This document shows positions 10,297-20,173 of a stretch of 64,000 nucleotides of DNA, one piece after another (positions within the stretch are counted from its first letter, which is position 1; each line of letters begins with the position of its first letter). Below the pieces are notes generated by a model. That model was not told the origin of the DNA. It was given only the letters and a program-made list of their open reading frames with translations, and made no database searches. This DNA comes from Gemmatimonadaceae bacterium (GTDB lineage: Bacteria > Gemmatimonadota > Gemmatimonadetes > Gemmatimonadales > Gemmatimonadaceae). The translations under genes and the position numbers were made by a program. The DNA lies in NCBI GenBank assembly GCA_051859245.1, contig JBHYGA010000004.1, forward strand, positions 1-64,000, read 5' to 3'.

Positions 10297-10809
10297 CTAC
10301 GGGCGCGAAACCTCGATCACCACCCGATAATCACTGGAACGAATCGACCGGTCGCTACGCGGCTGCGGCAGTACCTCTACCAGGCGAATCGCAAAGTTCT
10401 CGTCAATCACAATACCACGCGGCGACTCGTTGGTATGCAGCGTGGTGCCGCCCGTGAACGCACCGCGTTCAAGCCGGAACAGCGCGGCGGCGTCTCCTGC
10501 TGTTACGCACTGCACGTCCACGGGACAGCGCGAGTCCGCTTCGATCTGTCGAAACGTCACACGAAGCACGTTGCCAGTGCCAAACTGCGCCGATTGGCCC
10601 GGCGCCAGCGTCACCCGCGCGTCAGCCAGCGCGGCCTCTTCCGGTCCCAGCTCAAGTCGCCCGCCGCACGCGGCCAGCGACATCAGGCCAGCCCACAACA
10701 ACACGAACGGAACGCCGCGAAACCAGGCTGACGCGGACGAGTTCCGCAACGACCGGCTCGTAGCACGAGCCAGTACGCGAACCGATGAATTCTCTGACAG
10801 TCGAGACAT
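10297..10809 (-). CDS. Hypothetical lipoprotein with a conserved-looking DSRCPxDVxCVxAG motif
   Basis: Lipobox LAAC; DSRCPVDVQCVTAGDA; start uncertain. Confidence 0.7.
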   Translation of the reverse strand: MSRLSENSSVRVLARATSRSLRNSSASAWFRGVPFVLLWAGLMSLAACGGRLELGPEEAALADARVTLAPGQSAQFGTGNVLRVTFRQIEADSRCPVDVQCVTAGDAAALFRLERGAFTGGTTLHTNESPRGIVIDENFAIRLVEVLPQPRSDRSIRSSDYRVVIEVSRP

Positions 10810-10895
10810 ACAGTGCGGGGTAATGCGTGGAGAAAGCACGATGATCACTGAGCCTTACTCGCTGCATTACCCCGACCGTCTGGGTCACATCACCC

Positions 10896-12845
10896 TTAGT
10901 CCGGCTGTTTGGGCAAATCGATCGCCGGATTGCGCGAAAAGAAGCCCACCGGCCGTATTTCAAAGCTGTGCCGCGCCACCGGCATCAGGGGCCAGTCTTC
11001 CGGACGGGGCACGTGGTGAAAGCCCATCGTGAGCCAGGCCACGATGTCGGTGTTGGCGATCGCGCGGTTGCCAGCCGTCCACCGCGGCAAGCCGTCTCCA
11101 GCGGTGCCCTTGGTGGGATAGTCGCCCGCGGCGTACAGCTCGCGCGGTGCGTAGGGGGTGACCCACAGCGTGTGATTGGTGAATCCCGCGCGTCGCTGCA
11201 AATAGTCATCGGGTGCGAGCAGCGTCATTGCACTGTGTCCGTCAATCTGATATCCCACCTGTCCGCTGTATGCACCGGCCACACTCGGGTTCACAATGCG
11301 CCACATCTCCGGCGCATTCATGGGTGAATGACGCATCGCATCTTTCTCGGCGCGCGCTTCGTTCGTTTGCACCGTCCACACACTGCGGCGCGGGTTGTTC
11401 GCCGGCAGCGCTTTGGGCACCAGACGATCAACCATTAACGAGTTCGACGGACCATCAACATCAAGATCCAGTCGGAACGAAAAGAAATGGCTGTGATTCA
11501 CGCCCACGCGATCCTTCGCAATGCGTCGTCCGTATTGCTCGTCTGCAGTGGTGCCGGATGCCGTCTTTGTCGCGTCCATACCAGACGCACCCGCGTCCAT
11601 GCGGAGCGTACCGTCTTGCTGAAACACCCAGTCAAACAGATAGTCGTAGTTGCCGGCTGTCATATACATGCGCAGCACGAGGTCGCGTTTCACGCGCGCT
11701 TCCACAACGTTTGCGCCTTCGCGTCCGTGTCGCCACGCCACATCGCCCGCCGAACGTTCAAAGAGACACGCGGCGCGCATGCGTTCACGGGGACGTCCGC
11801 CTGATGTCATGACCATTGCGTTGAAGTACGTGGCGTACTCCGGGCACTCAACGCCCGCCGCAAGACTGCTGGCAATGCCGCCGAACAATGCGGGATACGT
11901 GCCGAGGTCAAAAAAGCCCTGCTCGTTCCACGGCGTTTCTTCGTCCATGTACGGCACGAAGAGTTCAGAGAGCGCGCCCTGATACATCACAGAGCGATCA
12001 CGTCCGCCGTCGGTGTACGTCACCATCGACAGGACCACGCCGCGGCGTGGATCCACGCGAAAATGAAACTTCCAGTTTTGCCAACTCACCTGATGACCGT
12101 TCACGGTGAATGACGGGCCGAGCGGCTGCACCATTTGTACTGTGTTCTTTACGTCGCGCGTGACACCAATTGCTTCTTCGTCGTACGCACCATACGGCGT
12201 TCCCATCGGGCGAACGCCGTCATCGGTGACGCTCAGGATTTTTCCGTCGTCGAGATTGATCACGATGAGCAGCCCTTCAATATCTGGGCCGTAGCCGGTG
12301 GTTACACCACGATCATCGCTGCACACCACGCGCATCACGCGTTTACCGCGTTCGTCTGCCCGATCAAAGAAACCGTGGTTTGCTCCGCAGTTCACGTGCG
12401 TGAAGTCGGTGATCCCACGCTTGCGGATGGCCGTTCGTACGCGTTCATCGCCAAGAGCGATTCCCGTCATGCGACCAAACTCGTCACCGCTGGTCATGTA
12501 CTGACGCGCTGGTACTTCCGTCCACGAGATCACACGTTTGGCATTGAGATCCACAATGGCTTCGTAGCCATCCTTGCCTTGCTTGAGATGCACCAGCGCT
12601 TCACGCCGAAACGGTTGTCCCGGGCGCCAGGCGAGCACCTCCGCTTTGGGTGGCTCATTGAGTCCGATGTACAGATACGAGGTGGTTGTGTCGGTTCGCC
12701 CCGACGCCACCAGTGCATCGTAAATGGTCCAGTGCTCGCGGCCTGACAAGCCATCGAGCGGGTGGGCGGCCGACTGCGCAGCGAGCGGCAGCGCCAGCGG
12801 CGTTAGGACGGAGAACAGCGCGAGGGCACGACGGAGCAGGCGCAT
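10896..12845 (-). CDS. tynA: Secreted copper-containing primary amine oxidase
   Basis: TPQ consensus GNYDY; Cu ligands HSH and HHVPRPEDWP; catalytic Asp in FFDLG; HPLD N-terminus after signal peptide MRLLRRALALF (start at 12845, not 13265). Confidence 0.92.
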   Translation of the reverse strand: MRLLRRALALFSVLTPLALPLAAQSAAHPLDGLSGREHWTIYDALVASGRTDTTTSYLYIGLNEPPKAEVLAWRPGQPFRREALVHLKQGKDGYEAIVDLNAKRVISWTEVPARQYMTSGDEFGRMTGIALGDERVRTAIRKRGITDFTHVNCGANHGFFDRADERGKRVMRVVCSDDRGVTTGYGPDIEGLLIVINLDDGKILSVTDDGVRPMGTPYGAYDEEAIGVTRDVKNTVQMVQPLGPSFTVNGHQVSWQNWKFHFRVDPRRGVVLSMVTYTDGGRDRSVMYQGALSELFVPYMDEETPWNEQGFFDLGTYPALFGGIASSLAAGVECPEYATYFNAMVMTSGGRPRERMRAACLFERSAGDVAWRHGREGANVVEARVKRDLVLRMYMTAGNYDYLFDWVFQQDGTLRMDAGASGMDATKTASGTTADEQYGRRIAKDRVGVNHSHFFSFRLDLDVDGPSNSLMVDRLVPKALPANNPRRSVWTVQTNEARAEKDAMRHSPMNAPEMWRIVNPSVAGAYSGQVGYQIDGHSAMTLLAPDDYLQRRAGFTNHTLWVTPYAPRELYAAGDYPTKGTAGDGLPRWTAGNRAIANTDIVAWLTMGFHHVPRPEDWPLMPVARHSFEIRPVGFFSRNPAIDLPKQPD

Positions 12846-12932
12846 GTTTTGGCGGGTTGGTGTGGTTGAGCTCGCCAGAACTTGCGGCCGATTGTCCCAT
12901 CCGGCCAGTGCAACGGCTCGGCTGGCGCGTTG

Positions 12933-12956
12933 AGTGATATGGTTATATATATCACT
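12933..12956. promoter_or_regulatory. AT-rich palindromic operator, probably the GntR/YtrA autoregulatory site
   Basis: AGTGATAT-N8-ATATCACT ending 3 nt before the GntR ATG (12960). Confidence 0.7.
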
Positions 12957-12959
12957 TGT

Positions 12960-13382
12960 ATGCTGCTCTCTATCAGCGCGTCCGACGACCTGCCCATCTA
13001 CCGCCAGATCATGCGGCAGATCATGGACGCCATTGCCGGCGGACGGCTGGCGCCTGGTGAACAGCTCGCATCGCACCGTGAACTCAGCGAACAACTCGTC
13101 ATCGCGCCGCTCACGGTAAAGAAGGCATACGACGAACTCGAAGCGCTGGGATACATCACGTCGCAGCGCGGACGCGGCACGTTCGTCAGCGATCACCTCC
13201 CGAAAGCCGCGCAAAGCGTGCAGGCCGAGCAGCTCGGCGAACTCGCGCGCAAGCTGCTTTCGCAAGCCTACCTCAGTGGCATGAGCCTCGCCGACGTCAT
13301 GCAGTTGCTACGGCAAGCCGACCGCTCCCTCACCACCGGGAGCGACTTCGTTCCCCGCACCAGACGCAAGACCGCCATATGA
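12960..13382 (+). CDS. GntR family (YtrA subfamily) transcriptional regulator
   Basis: PIYRQI..QI..AI..G.L.PG.QL.S.REL...TVKKAY.ELE..G.I...GRGTFV; short C-terminus; precedes an ABC ATPase. Confidence 0.92.
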   Translation: MLLSISASDDLPIYRQIMRQIMDAIAGGRLAPGEQLASHRELSEQLVIAPLTVKKAYDELEALGYITSQRGRGTFVSDHLPKAAQSVQAEQLGELARKLLSQAYLSGMSLADVMQLLRQADRSLTTGSDFVPRTRRKTAI

Positions 13383-14290
13383 AGCCTGTGATGATGTTCC
13401 GCGACGTTGTGCGTTCGTATGACGGGGGCAAGCCCGTGCTCGACGGCGTGACGTTCTCCATGCAGAGCGAAGAAGTGGTTGGGCTGCTCGGTCGCAATGG
13501 CTCGGGCAAGACCACGCTGATGCGTATTGCAATGGGCATGCTCTTTCCGCACAAAGGCTCGGTTGAACTGTTCGGTTTGTCGCCTACAGAACATCCGGTT
13601 GAAGTGAAGAAGCGTATTGGATTTGTGGCGGCGGATCAGGAGTTGCCGATGTTCTGGAGCGTGGGTGAGCTGATTGCGTTGCATCGCAAGTTGTTTGCGA
13701 AATGGGATGTGGCCATGGAAAAACAACTGCTGCAACAGTTTTCACTCCCAGTATCGTCGCGCCTCGGAAAACTGAGCACCGGACAACGCCGGCAAGCGGC
13801 GCTGCTGTGCGCAGTATGTCATCGCCCTGAGCTGCTGCTGCTCGACGAGCCCGCAGCGGGACTCGATCCCGTGGTGCGGCGTGATTTTCTTGAGACATCA
13901 ATACAACTGCTCAACCGCGAAGGCACGGCGATTCTGTTTTCGTCGCATCAGATGTCGGACGTGGAACGACTGGGCGGTCGCATGTTGCTGTTGGACGCTG
14001 GGCGGATACGACTGGACCGCGATCTGGTGACGCTCAAGGAACAGGTGTGTGTTGCCGTGATTCCTCGTGATGCGATCGCTGATGTGGCCGCGCTTGAGCA
14101 GATGCCGTCAACGCTGCGCGTGCGCACGATGCGCGACAATGTGCACCTGGTGATTGAAGGGAGTCCCGAGGCTGCACAACGTCTGCTCGCGGAGCAGCTT
14201 GGTGTTCCTCAAGCCAATGTTCGGCGCGTCGGACTTGAAGACTTGTTTATTGAAATGGTTGGCGACGAGCGGCTGGAGTCTGCGGCGTGA
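13379..14290 (+). CDS. ABC transporter ATP-binding protein
   Basis: Walker A GRNGSGKT, signature LSTGQ, Walker B LLLLDEP, H-loop SSH. Confidence 0.95.
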   Translation: MKPVMMFRDVVRSYDGGKPVLDGVTFSMQSEEVVGLLGRNGSGKTTLMRIAMGMLFPHKGSVELFGLSPTEHPVEVKKRIGFVAADQELPMFWSVGELIALHRKLFAKWDVAMEKQLLQQFSLPVSSRLGKLSTGQRRQAALLCAVCHRPELLLLDEPAAGLDPVVRRDFLETSIQLLNREGTAILFSSHQMSDVERLGGRMLLLDAGRIRLDRDLVTLKEQVCVAVIPRDAIADVAALEQMPSTLRVRTMRDNVHLVIEGSPEAAQRLLAEQLGVPQANVRRVGLEDLFIEMVGDERLESAA

Positions 14291-15882
14291 TGTGGCAGCT
14301 TGTACGAGGGCATTTGCGTGACTGGCGCGTGTGGCCAATGTCAGTCGTTGTGGCGTGCGGAACGCTCATCGAGCCGACGTTCGCCGGGTTTCCGGGTCTG
14401 GTGATGCTCACCATGTTTCTTCCCGCTGTGCTGCTGCCGAACGCGTCGCTCTTCGAGTCAGCGTTGCCAGTGTCGAGACGTGCGGTGAAACTGTCGCGCT
14501 GGACTGCGGCGCTCGTGTTAACCGCACCGGTCGTGATGATGGCGCTGATTGAAACACCGTTCCCGGTTATCGAGGCGTTTGAACGGTGGCGAGTTGCGGG
14601 CGCCTGGATGGTGCTGGTTGTTGCAATGTCCGTTGTCTATCTGGCGCCAGACTCATGGAGTCAGTCGCGGCTTGCGGTTTCGATTCGCGTGTTGGCGATC
14701 ATGGTCTCGGGCGGCGTGCTGTTGTTAGAACTTCCCGCTCCTCTGGTGCTGCCGCTGCTCGGCAGCATAGCCGCTTTGACTGTGTTTGTGATGATCGCGC
14801 GGATCGAAGCGTCGCCCACTGAGGCGGCGTGGACCGATCACAGCTCGAGTGCGGTCGTAACCGAATCCCAGGCAGGCGAAATCGGAGGCGGCATCCCGTG
14901 GCGTGCGGTGCTTCACTCCGCCTCGAACCGCATGATCTGGATTCTGCCGATCTTGGGCCTGACCGTTGGCGCTTCCGAAGCGGTCTCAGGACCGGTGCAG
15001 CTCGTTGCATGGATCTGCGGTGTTTCTCTGTTTGCCCGACAGCGAAACGTGTGGATGTTGTGTCTTCCGATTTCGCATCGCTCGCGGCTGCTCTTGTGCG
15101 TGACTCCGGCGCTCTTCCTTGGGTTCGGTGCGGCAGCAGTCGGATCTGCTCTCCCCGAAAATTGGTTGTCCTCGTCGTCGCTCACATACAGCGGCCCGGT
15201 ACCCGGAGGCGACGACTATGGAAACAAAACGAGTGTCGCGATCACCTATTGGCAACGGTTCGATGGCGAGAATCAGCCTCGGGTTACTGCGCCCTGGGGC
15301 GAATCGATCGCCGCAGACACTTTGACGATCATGGGTATTCAACTGTACAACCCGTTCACCACAGACAAAGCACACAGCAGCGAGTTTGTAGAATGGCAGT
15401 TTGAGCGCGCGACGGCAGCGGTGTTCGGAAAAACACTTTCCGTTGATGAGTATCGCACGATGATGAGCAAGGCGTCTCGGCCGCTCAGGATCACTCAGCA
15501 GCCGCGCGTTCGCCTCCTCCGTCTGAGCGTGCTTGTTGTATTGACGGTACTCGCGCTCTGGCTTTTAGAGATCGGCCGTTGGCGTGGCTTCTGGCGGGCG
15601 AGGTTCGTGCGGATCGCTCTTGTTTCTTCGCTCTTCCTGACCGCTCTGTCTCCCCTGTTTCTCGACGTTTACTTCAGCGAACTACATAACGGCGGCAACT
15701 TCTTGTTTCCGTTGCTTAACGTTGGCATACTCCGGCTCTCGTCATGGCTCCCGGCTTCGACGCCGCTCGCGATCGTGCTCTGCCTGCTTCCAGCCGTCGC
15801 GTTGTATTTCCTGTTGGAGTGGCAGTTCAAACGGTCCGATCGCACGTCGTATGAGCTCGCGTTTGTGCCTGCCAAGCCGTAG
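14287..15882 (+). CDS. Large polytopic membrane protein, probable ABC permease (paralog 1)
   Basis: Many TM segments; GTGA overlap with the ATPase; shares motifs with the next gene. Confidence 0.75.
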   Translation: MMWQLVRGHLRDWRVWPMSVVVACGTLIEPTFAGFPGLVMLTMFLPAVLLPNASLFESALPVSRRAVKLSRWTAALVLTAPVVMMALIETPFPVIEAFERWRVAGAWMVLVVAMSVVYLAPDSWSQSRLAVSIRVLAIMVSGGVLLLELPAPLVLPLLGSIAALTVFVMIARIEASPTEAAWTDHSSSAVVTESQAGEIGGGIPWRAVLHSASNRMIWILPILGLTVGASEAVSGPVQLVAWICGVSLFARQRNVWMLCLPISHRSRLLLCVTPALFLGFGAAAVGSALPENWLSSSSLTYSGPVPGGDDYGNKTSVAITYWQRFDGENQPRVTAPWGESIAADTLTIMGIQLYNPFTTDKAHSSEFVEWQFERATAAVFGKTLSVDEYRTMMSKASRPLRITQQPRVRLLRLSVLVVLTVLALWLLEIGRWRGFWRARFVRIALVSSLFLTALSPLFLDVYFSELHNGGNFLFPLLNVGILRLSSWLPASTPLAIVLCLLPAVALYFLLEWQFKRSDRTSYELAFVPAKP

Positions 15883-15894
15883 CGACTGCCGACG

Positions 15895-17472
15895 ATGACC
15901 TGGATACTCGTCAAAAATCATCTGCGTCATCCGGCGCTGTGGACAACGGCAACCGTTGCGTCCATCGGCGCCGTGTTCGAGCAAACGTTTATGGGCGCGA
16001 GCGGACTGTTCGTGCTTGTTGCCATGGTTCCCACTATGGTACCCCCATCTGTTTCGGTATTCGAAGCAGCGCTGCCAATCTCCGCGCGCACCATCATGCG
16101 GGCGCGTTTGCTGAGTGCACTCGCACTCGCGACGCCGCTGCTGGCGACCGTGCTCATTGCCACGCCGCTTCGTATGGGTGGCTCCCATGACCCAGTGCGC
16201 GTACTCTTTGCCGCTGTACTGGTCGCAACCGCCGCAATGATGATCTATCTGGTTCCGGGGCGAATCGGGCCTCCACCTCGTGTCCATATCATTGCAGCAA
16301 GCCTGTTCATCGGAGCGGGTGCGGCACTTGCCTACACTTTGCCGAGCAACATTGCGCTTGGCGTGGCACTCGTCGTAGCAGTCGTGTGCTATTGCATTCT
16401 TATTGCACGCATTCCGCAGTTGATCGTGTCCCGTGAAAAGCGATCGGCCAGACGCGTTCCGAAGTCCGACAAACGATCGCGCGAGGTAGAGAGTTCGTGG
16501 CCGTGGATGGCGCTTCGTCGTACGATACTGCCCGGAACGATTGCCATGCTCCCGCTGCTGGCGCCCGGTGTGGGCACCAGTTCATATGGCGCTAGTTTCT
16601 TGTTCCTCGGTGGTGTTCTGATGACGCTGACAATGAATCTGCGTTCGGGCATGGCATGGATGGCTCAACTCCCCTTTTCACCACGAGTGCGCCTGCTGCT
16701 CATGATTGGACCGGCGTTTGTCTTGAGTTTCGTGCCGGCTGCTATCGTAGCAAACATCTCGGCCTTCAAGTACGGATCACTCACCACAGGAGCCCCTCGC
16801 ACCGAGGGCGACTACAGAGTGACAACACGCGTGGCCATTAATCACTGGCAACGATACGACGGCGAGACTGCGCCCACTATTTCCGCACCGTGGGGCGAGA
16901 CGATTGCCGCCGATACGCTATCAGTATTTGGCGTGAACATTTTCAATCCGTATACCACGCGTCAGAGCACGAGTGAGGAGTTTCGCGTGTGGCAGTTCGA
17001 ACGCGCCACAACCGCGGTGCTTGGCGTCCCGATATCACGTGAAGAGTACCGGCGCCTGGATTCGATCAACGCCGTGCCCGTTGCTGCTGCACGCACATCT
17101 CGGCTGGTCTACGTGCGACTCGGCTGTATTTCCGCGCTTTCACTCGCCGTGCTATTTCTGATCGAGGTCACCCGGTGGCATCGCCTTCGTCGCAGGGAGT
17201 GGCTCAGCCTCCTCTTTGGTGGACTACCCTTTCTGCTCGTGCCGTCACTGATTGCCGAAATCATGTTTCATGTGCGCACCGGTGGCGACCTCATCGTACC
17301 ACTCATCGACGCCGCAATGCTTCGCGTTTCACCGTGGCTACCTGAATCCACACTGCTCACCGTTCTGGTGTGCGTTGTGCCGTCGATCGCCCTCTACCTG
17401 CTGCTTGAGTGGCAGTTCAAACGCTCCGAACGCAGCAGCCTCGAGTTCCTCGTGGCGACCATGCCCCAATAG
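15895..17472 (+). CDS. Large polytopic membrane protein, probable ABC permease (paralog 2)
   Basis: Shares FExALP, APWGExIAADTL, WQFERAT and LLEWQFKRS with the upstream gene. Confidence 0.75.
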   Translation: MTWILVKNHLRHPALWTTATVASIGAVFEQTFMGASGLFVLVAMVPTMVPPSVSVFEAALPISARTIMRARLLSALALATPLLATVLIATPLRMGGSHDPVRVLFAAVLVATAAMMIYLVPGRIGPPPRVHIIAASLFIGAGAALAYTLPSNIALGVALVVAVVCYCILIARIPQLIVSREKRSARRVPKSDKRSREVESSWPWMALRRTILPGTIAMLPLLAPGVGTSSYGASFLFLGGVLMTLTMNLRSGMAWMAQLPFSPRVRLLLMIGPAFVLSFVPAAIVANISAFKYGSLTTGAPRTEGDYRVTTRVAINHWQRYDGETAPTISAPWGETIAADTLSVFGVNIFNPYTTRQSTSEEFRVWQFERATTAVLGVPISREEYRRLDSINAVPVAAARTSRLVYVRLGCISALSLAVLFLIEVTRWHRLRRREWLSLLFGGLPFLLVPSLIAEIMFHVRTGGDLIVPLIDAAMLRVSPWLPESTLLTVLVCVVPSIALYLLLEWQFKRSERSSLEFLVATMPQ

Positions 17473-17534
17473 CCAGTACCGCCGGATGCCGCAGGAGCGC
17501 TAACGTTCAGCGTGCACTCGCCGTCCCCCTGTTC

Positions 17535-18065
17535 ATGAGCTCATCACGCCTGGCCCGTCCACTCCGGCTGGCCACGATCCTGTTCTCCGCCGCGCTCCTG
17601 CTCGGCGGCGCGTCGAGCGTATCAGCGGCCCAGGACACCAAGCGCACACTCCCGCGCTTCGCCCTCGCCGACAACGACACCATATGGCTCGGTCGGCCAC
17701 TCGGCCGGTTCGCCCGCTACGCGACCGTAGAGAAGGACTCGCTCGTCCGCATCCCGACACCGCTGTTTGAAGGCGCCGAGGGACTGCTGGTGATGCGCGA
17801 TTCCACCGATATCGTGCAGCGCATCGTGTATCTGTACGGAGAGCAGCGCAACATCGATCAGATGATGAAAGAGCTCTTTACCGACTACGGCCGGGAGAAG
17901 ACCTACTCCACCGCGCCCGTGCCCGATGGCATTCGCGAATCGTGGGTGTGGTTCGACAAGCGCACCGAATTCACCTTTACGCGCTTCACGCCGGCTCAGA
18001 ACAAGATGTCGGCGGTGGCTGTGCTCGTCACCTTCGGCAACGATCCAGTCACACGCTCTCCCTGA
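17535..18065 (+). CDS. Secreted hypothetical protein
   Basis: Signal peptide MSSSRLARPLRLATILFSAALLLGGASSVSAA. Confidence 0.7.
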   Translation: MSSSRLARPLRLATILFSAALLLGGASSVSAAQDTKRTLPRFALADNDTIWLGRPLGRFARYATVEKDSLVRIPTPLFEGAEGLLVMRDSTDIVQRIVYLYGEQRNIDQMMKELFTDYGREKTYSTAPVPDGIRESWVWFDKRTEFTFTRFTPAQNKMSAVAVLVTFGNDPVTRSP

Positions 18066-18159
18066 TCGCGCACCAATCGCGCTGCATTTTCCTTAGTATC
18101 TTTACATTACTTGCTCTTCTTGGAATTAACTGCGTGGGATTCTGAACTGGAGATTTGAT

Positions 18160-18597
18160 ATGCGTCGCAGCGGAAAAGCAGTGTGGAATGGCACGGGCCT
18201 CGAAGGCTCAGGCAAGCTCGATACGCCGAGTGGTGCGCTCAAGGAGCAGCCGTACTCAACGAAGATGCGTTTCAACAGCGAGGATGGGCGCGCTGGAACG
18301 AATCCTGAAGAATTGATCGCCGCCGCACACGCCGGATGTTTCGCCATGGCGCTCAGCTTTCAGCTCACCGGCGCAGGGTTTCCACCGGCTGAACTCGCGG
18401 TGGAGAGCGTGATCACGATGGAGCAGAAAGGAGTAGATTGGTCGTTCTCAGGGATCGTGTTGCACTTGAATGCAAATGTCCCGGGTATCGACAGCGCGAA
18501 GTTCCATGAACTCGCGAATGCGGCCAAGGCCGGTTGTCCCGTGTCGAAGGCGCTCTCCGCGGTGCCGATCACGCTCGAAGCAACGCTGCAGGCGTAA
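18160..18597 (+). CDS. osmC: OsmC family peroxiredoxin
   Basis: GTNPEELIAAAHAGCF and AKAGCPVSKAL; GGAG SD. Confidence 0.93.
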   Translation: MRRSGKAVWNGTGLEGSGKLDTPSGALKEQPYSTKMRFNSEDGRAGTNPEELIAAAHAGCFAMALSFQLTGAGFPPAELAVESVITMEQKGVDWSFSGIVLHLNANVPGIDSAKFHELANAAKAGCPVSKALSAVPITLEATLQA

Positions 18598-18606
18598 TCA
18601 AACAGC

Positions 18607-18641
18607 GCGGGCCCTGCGTCATCGCAGGGCCCGCTAGTTTT
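18607..18641 (+). terminator. Intrinsic terminator after osmC
   Basis: 12-bp stem GCGGGCCCTGCG-TCAT-CGCAGGGCCCGC followed by TAGTTTT. Confidence 0.75.
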
Positions 18642-19237
18642 CAGTACGATTTGCGACACGTTGGCGCAGGCGGTGTCGCGAGCAGCGATGCGGGAATCGA
18701 CAGATCTGCTCGCTCGGCGTCCCACATCACCGACATGATGTACCAACGATTGCCTGCGTTGAACAGTTGAATGCTGTTCACGCCACGCTGAAACGGCTTC
18801 TCGTCTTCCAGCGTGCGCTTGGAATCGTAAGCGCTCATGATGTGCCACACGTTACCGAACGATGTGGTCGTGCGCCCGATTTCCGACTCAAAGAAGCCGC
18901 CCGCTTCGAGCCCCGGGCCGGCCGCCGTGATGTATTCCTCCACATTCCAGCTGCGGTAGCGGTGCGTGCCGTCGGCCGCGCGTCCCGTTGGCACAAAGCG
19001 CGCCTCCGGTGCCATGAGCGTACGCAGTCGAGCAAAGTCGCGCTTCATGCCCTTGGGACCGGAAATCGACGCGTACAGCGCGCACACAATCGCGTCCAGT
19101 GATCCAACATCCGCGGGATCAGCAGCCGGCGCTGCGGCCGCGGATGCTCCTGCGCTCTGCGCCCGCAACGTTGGCGCCGTGATACCGAACGACAGCGCAA
19201 TCAGCGCACCGAGCGTGGCAACACGACGTGTGTTCAT
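18641..19237 (-). CDS. Secreted NTF2/SnoaL-like fold protein
   Basis: Signal peptide; ALYASISGP, GFFESEI and RGVNSIQL...RWYI motifs. Confidence 0.7.
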   Translation of the reverse strand: MNTRRVATLGALIALSFGITAPTLRAQSAGASAAAAPAADPADVGSLDAIVCALYASISGPKGMKRDFARLRTLMAPEARFVPTGRAADGTHRYRSWNVEEYITAAGPGLEAGGFFESEIGRTTTSFGNVWHIMSAYDSKRTLEDEKPFQRGVNSIQLFNAGNRWYIMSVMWDAERADLSIPASLLATPPAPTCRKSY

Positions 19238-19740
19238 TTCCACATCTCCCCGCAGCCTTGCTGCTTGAACGTACCGGATACGTTGAGAATCTTCCACGAC
19301 GTGTCACTCTTCACGAGGTGAAACGCATCGTGTCCGCAGTGACTCACCTTGCCATCAATACGTACCTGATATTCGGCCCACACCGTTGCCAGGTTGCCAT
19401 CGATCTGTACTTTGGCATTGCGAATAGGCTCGTCAATGGCCGGCCCCGTTGGATTGGTCGCCGACGTAATGAACTGCTCCGCCGTCATCGCCACAACGCG
19501 TGTACCACCGCCTTGCGCCGGTCGCAACAAGGTCATGCGCGCGCTTTCGTGAAACGTGGCGCGCATGCCATCGGCGTTCTTGGTTCGCAGTGCAGCGAGC
19601 ATGGATTCAATCGCCTGCATCACGGCAGTGCTGTCGGCAGCGGACGACGTTTGCGCCGCAGCCGCTTGTGGCAAGAACGATGCGCTGAGCGTGAGTGCGA
19701 GTGTCGCGACAACATGGCGCGCAAATGTGCGCTGTAGCAT
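19234..19740 (-). CDS. Secreted nuclear transport factor 2 family protein
   Basis: Signal peptide; IDGNLATVWAEY, HCGHDAFHLVK...WKI; ATGA overlap with the next gene. Confidence 0.78.
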   Translation of the reverse strand: MLQRTFARHVVATLALTLSASFLPQAAAAQTSSAADSTAVMQAIESMLAALRTKNADGMRATFHESARMTLLRPAQGGGTRVVAMTAEQFITSATNPTGPAIDEPIRNAKVQIDGNLATVWAEYQVRIDGKVSHCGHDAFHLVKSDTSWKILNVSGTFKQQGCGEMWK

Positions 19741-19866
19741 GAAAACTCCGGGGAGAGTCGGAAGGGGCCGGTCTGGCAACTTGTATAGCTCGGCCATATG
19801 TCCGTGCCTGGCAAGCCCGGTGGGACGAGTCGCCTTAAACTGGGCCCGCTGCCTTGAAGGTTACCA

Positions 19867-19888
19867 GTAAGCTTGTTAGCTTGCTTAC
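19867..19888. promoter_or_regulatory. Palindrome abutting the antitoxin start codon (probable TA operator)
   Basis: GTAAGC-N10-GCTTAC directly followed by ATG. Confidence 0.55.
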
Positions 19889-20173
19889 ATGAAAGCGACG
19901 ATCGATTTCGACGACAACCTGTATCGCCGTCTCAAAATTGAAGCGGCCAAACGAGGACGTTCCGTTCGGGAGATGGTCGCGGAAGGCGTGCGCTACGTAC
20001 TTGATTCGCCCGACGCGCTCAAGAATCCGCAGACGGTGGATCCCAGCGCGCCGGAACAGGTCCCGACCTGGTTCGGCGCGCTCGAGAAATACGCCAAACG
20101 CATTGATGACCATTCCATGGAAGCGGTGCGTGCGAGTGTCGCTGCCGCACGCAAAAATCAGCGCGCACCATGA
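19889..20173 (+). CDS. Ribbon-helix-helix antitoxin (VapB-like)
   Basis: MKATIDFDDNLYRRLKIEAAKRGRSV; ATGA overlap with the PIN gene. Confidence 0.85.
   Translation: MKATIDFDDNLYRRLKIEAAKRGRSVREMVAEGVRYVLDSPDALKNPQTVDPSAPEQVPTWFGALEKYAKRIDDHSMEAVRASVAAARKNQRAP

Noticed and set aside
12846..13265. N-terminal extensions in the ORF track (amine oxidase to 13265; HDOD gene from 40930; MqsA-like gene to 41451)
   Set aside because: They overlap genuine opposite-strand genes or their promoter regions; family homology or signal peptides begin at downstream Met codons.
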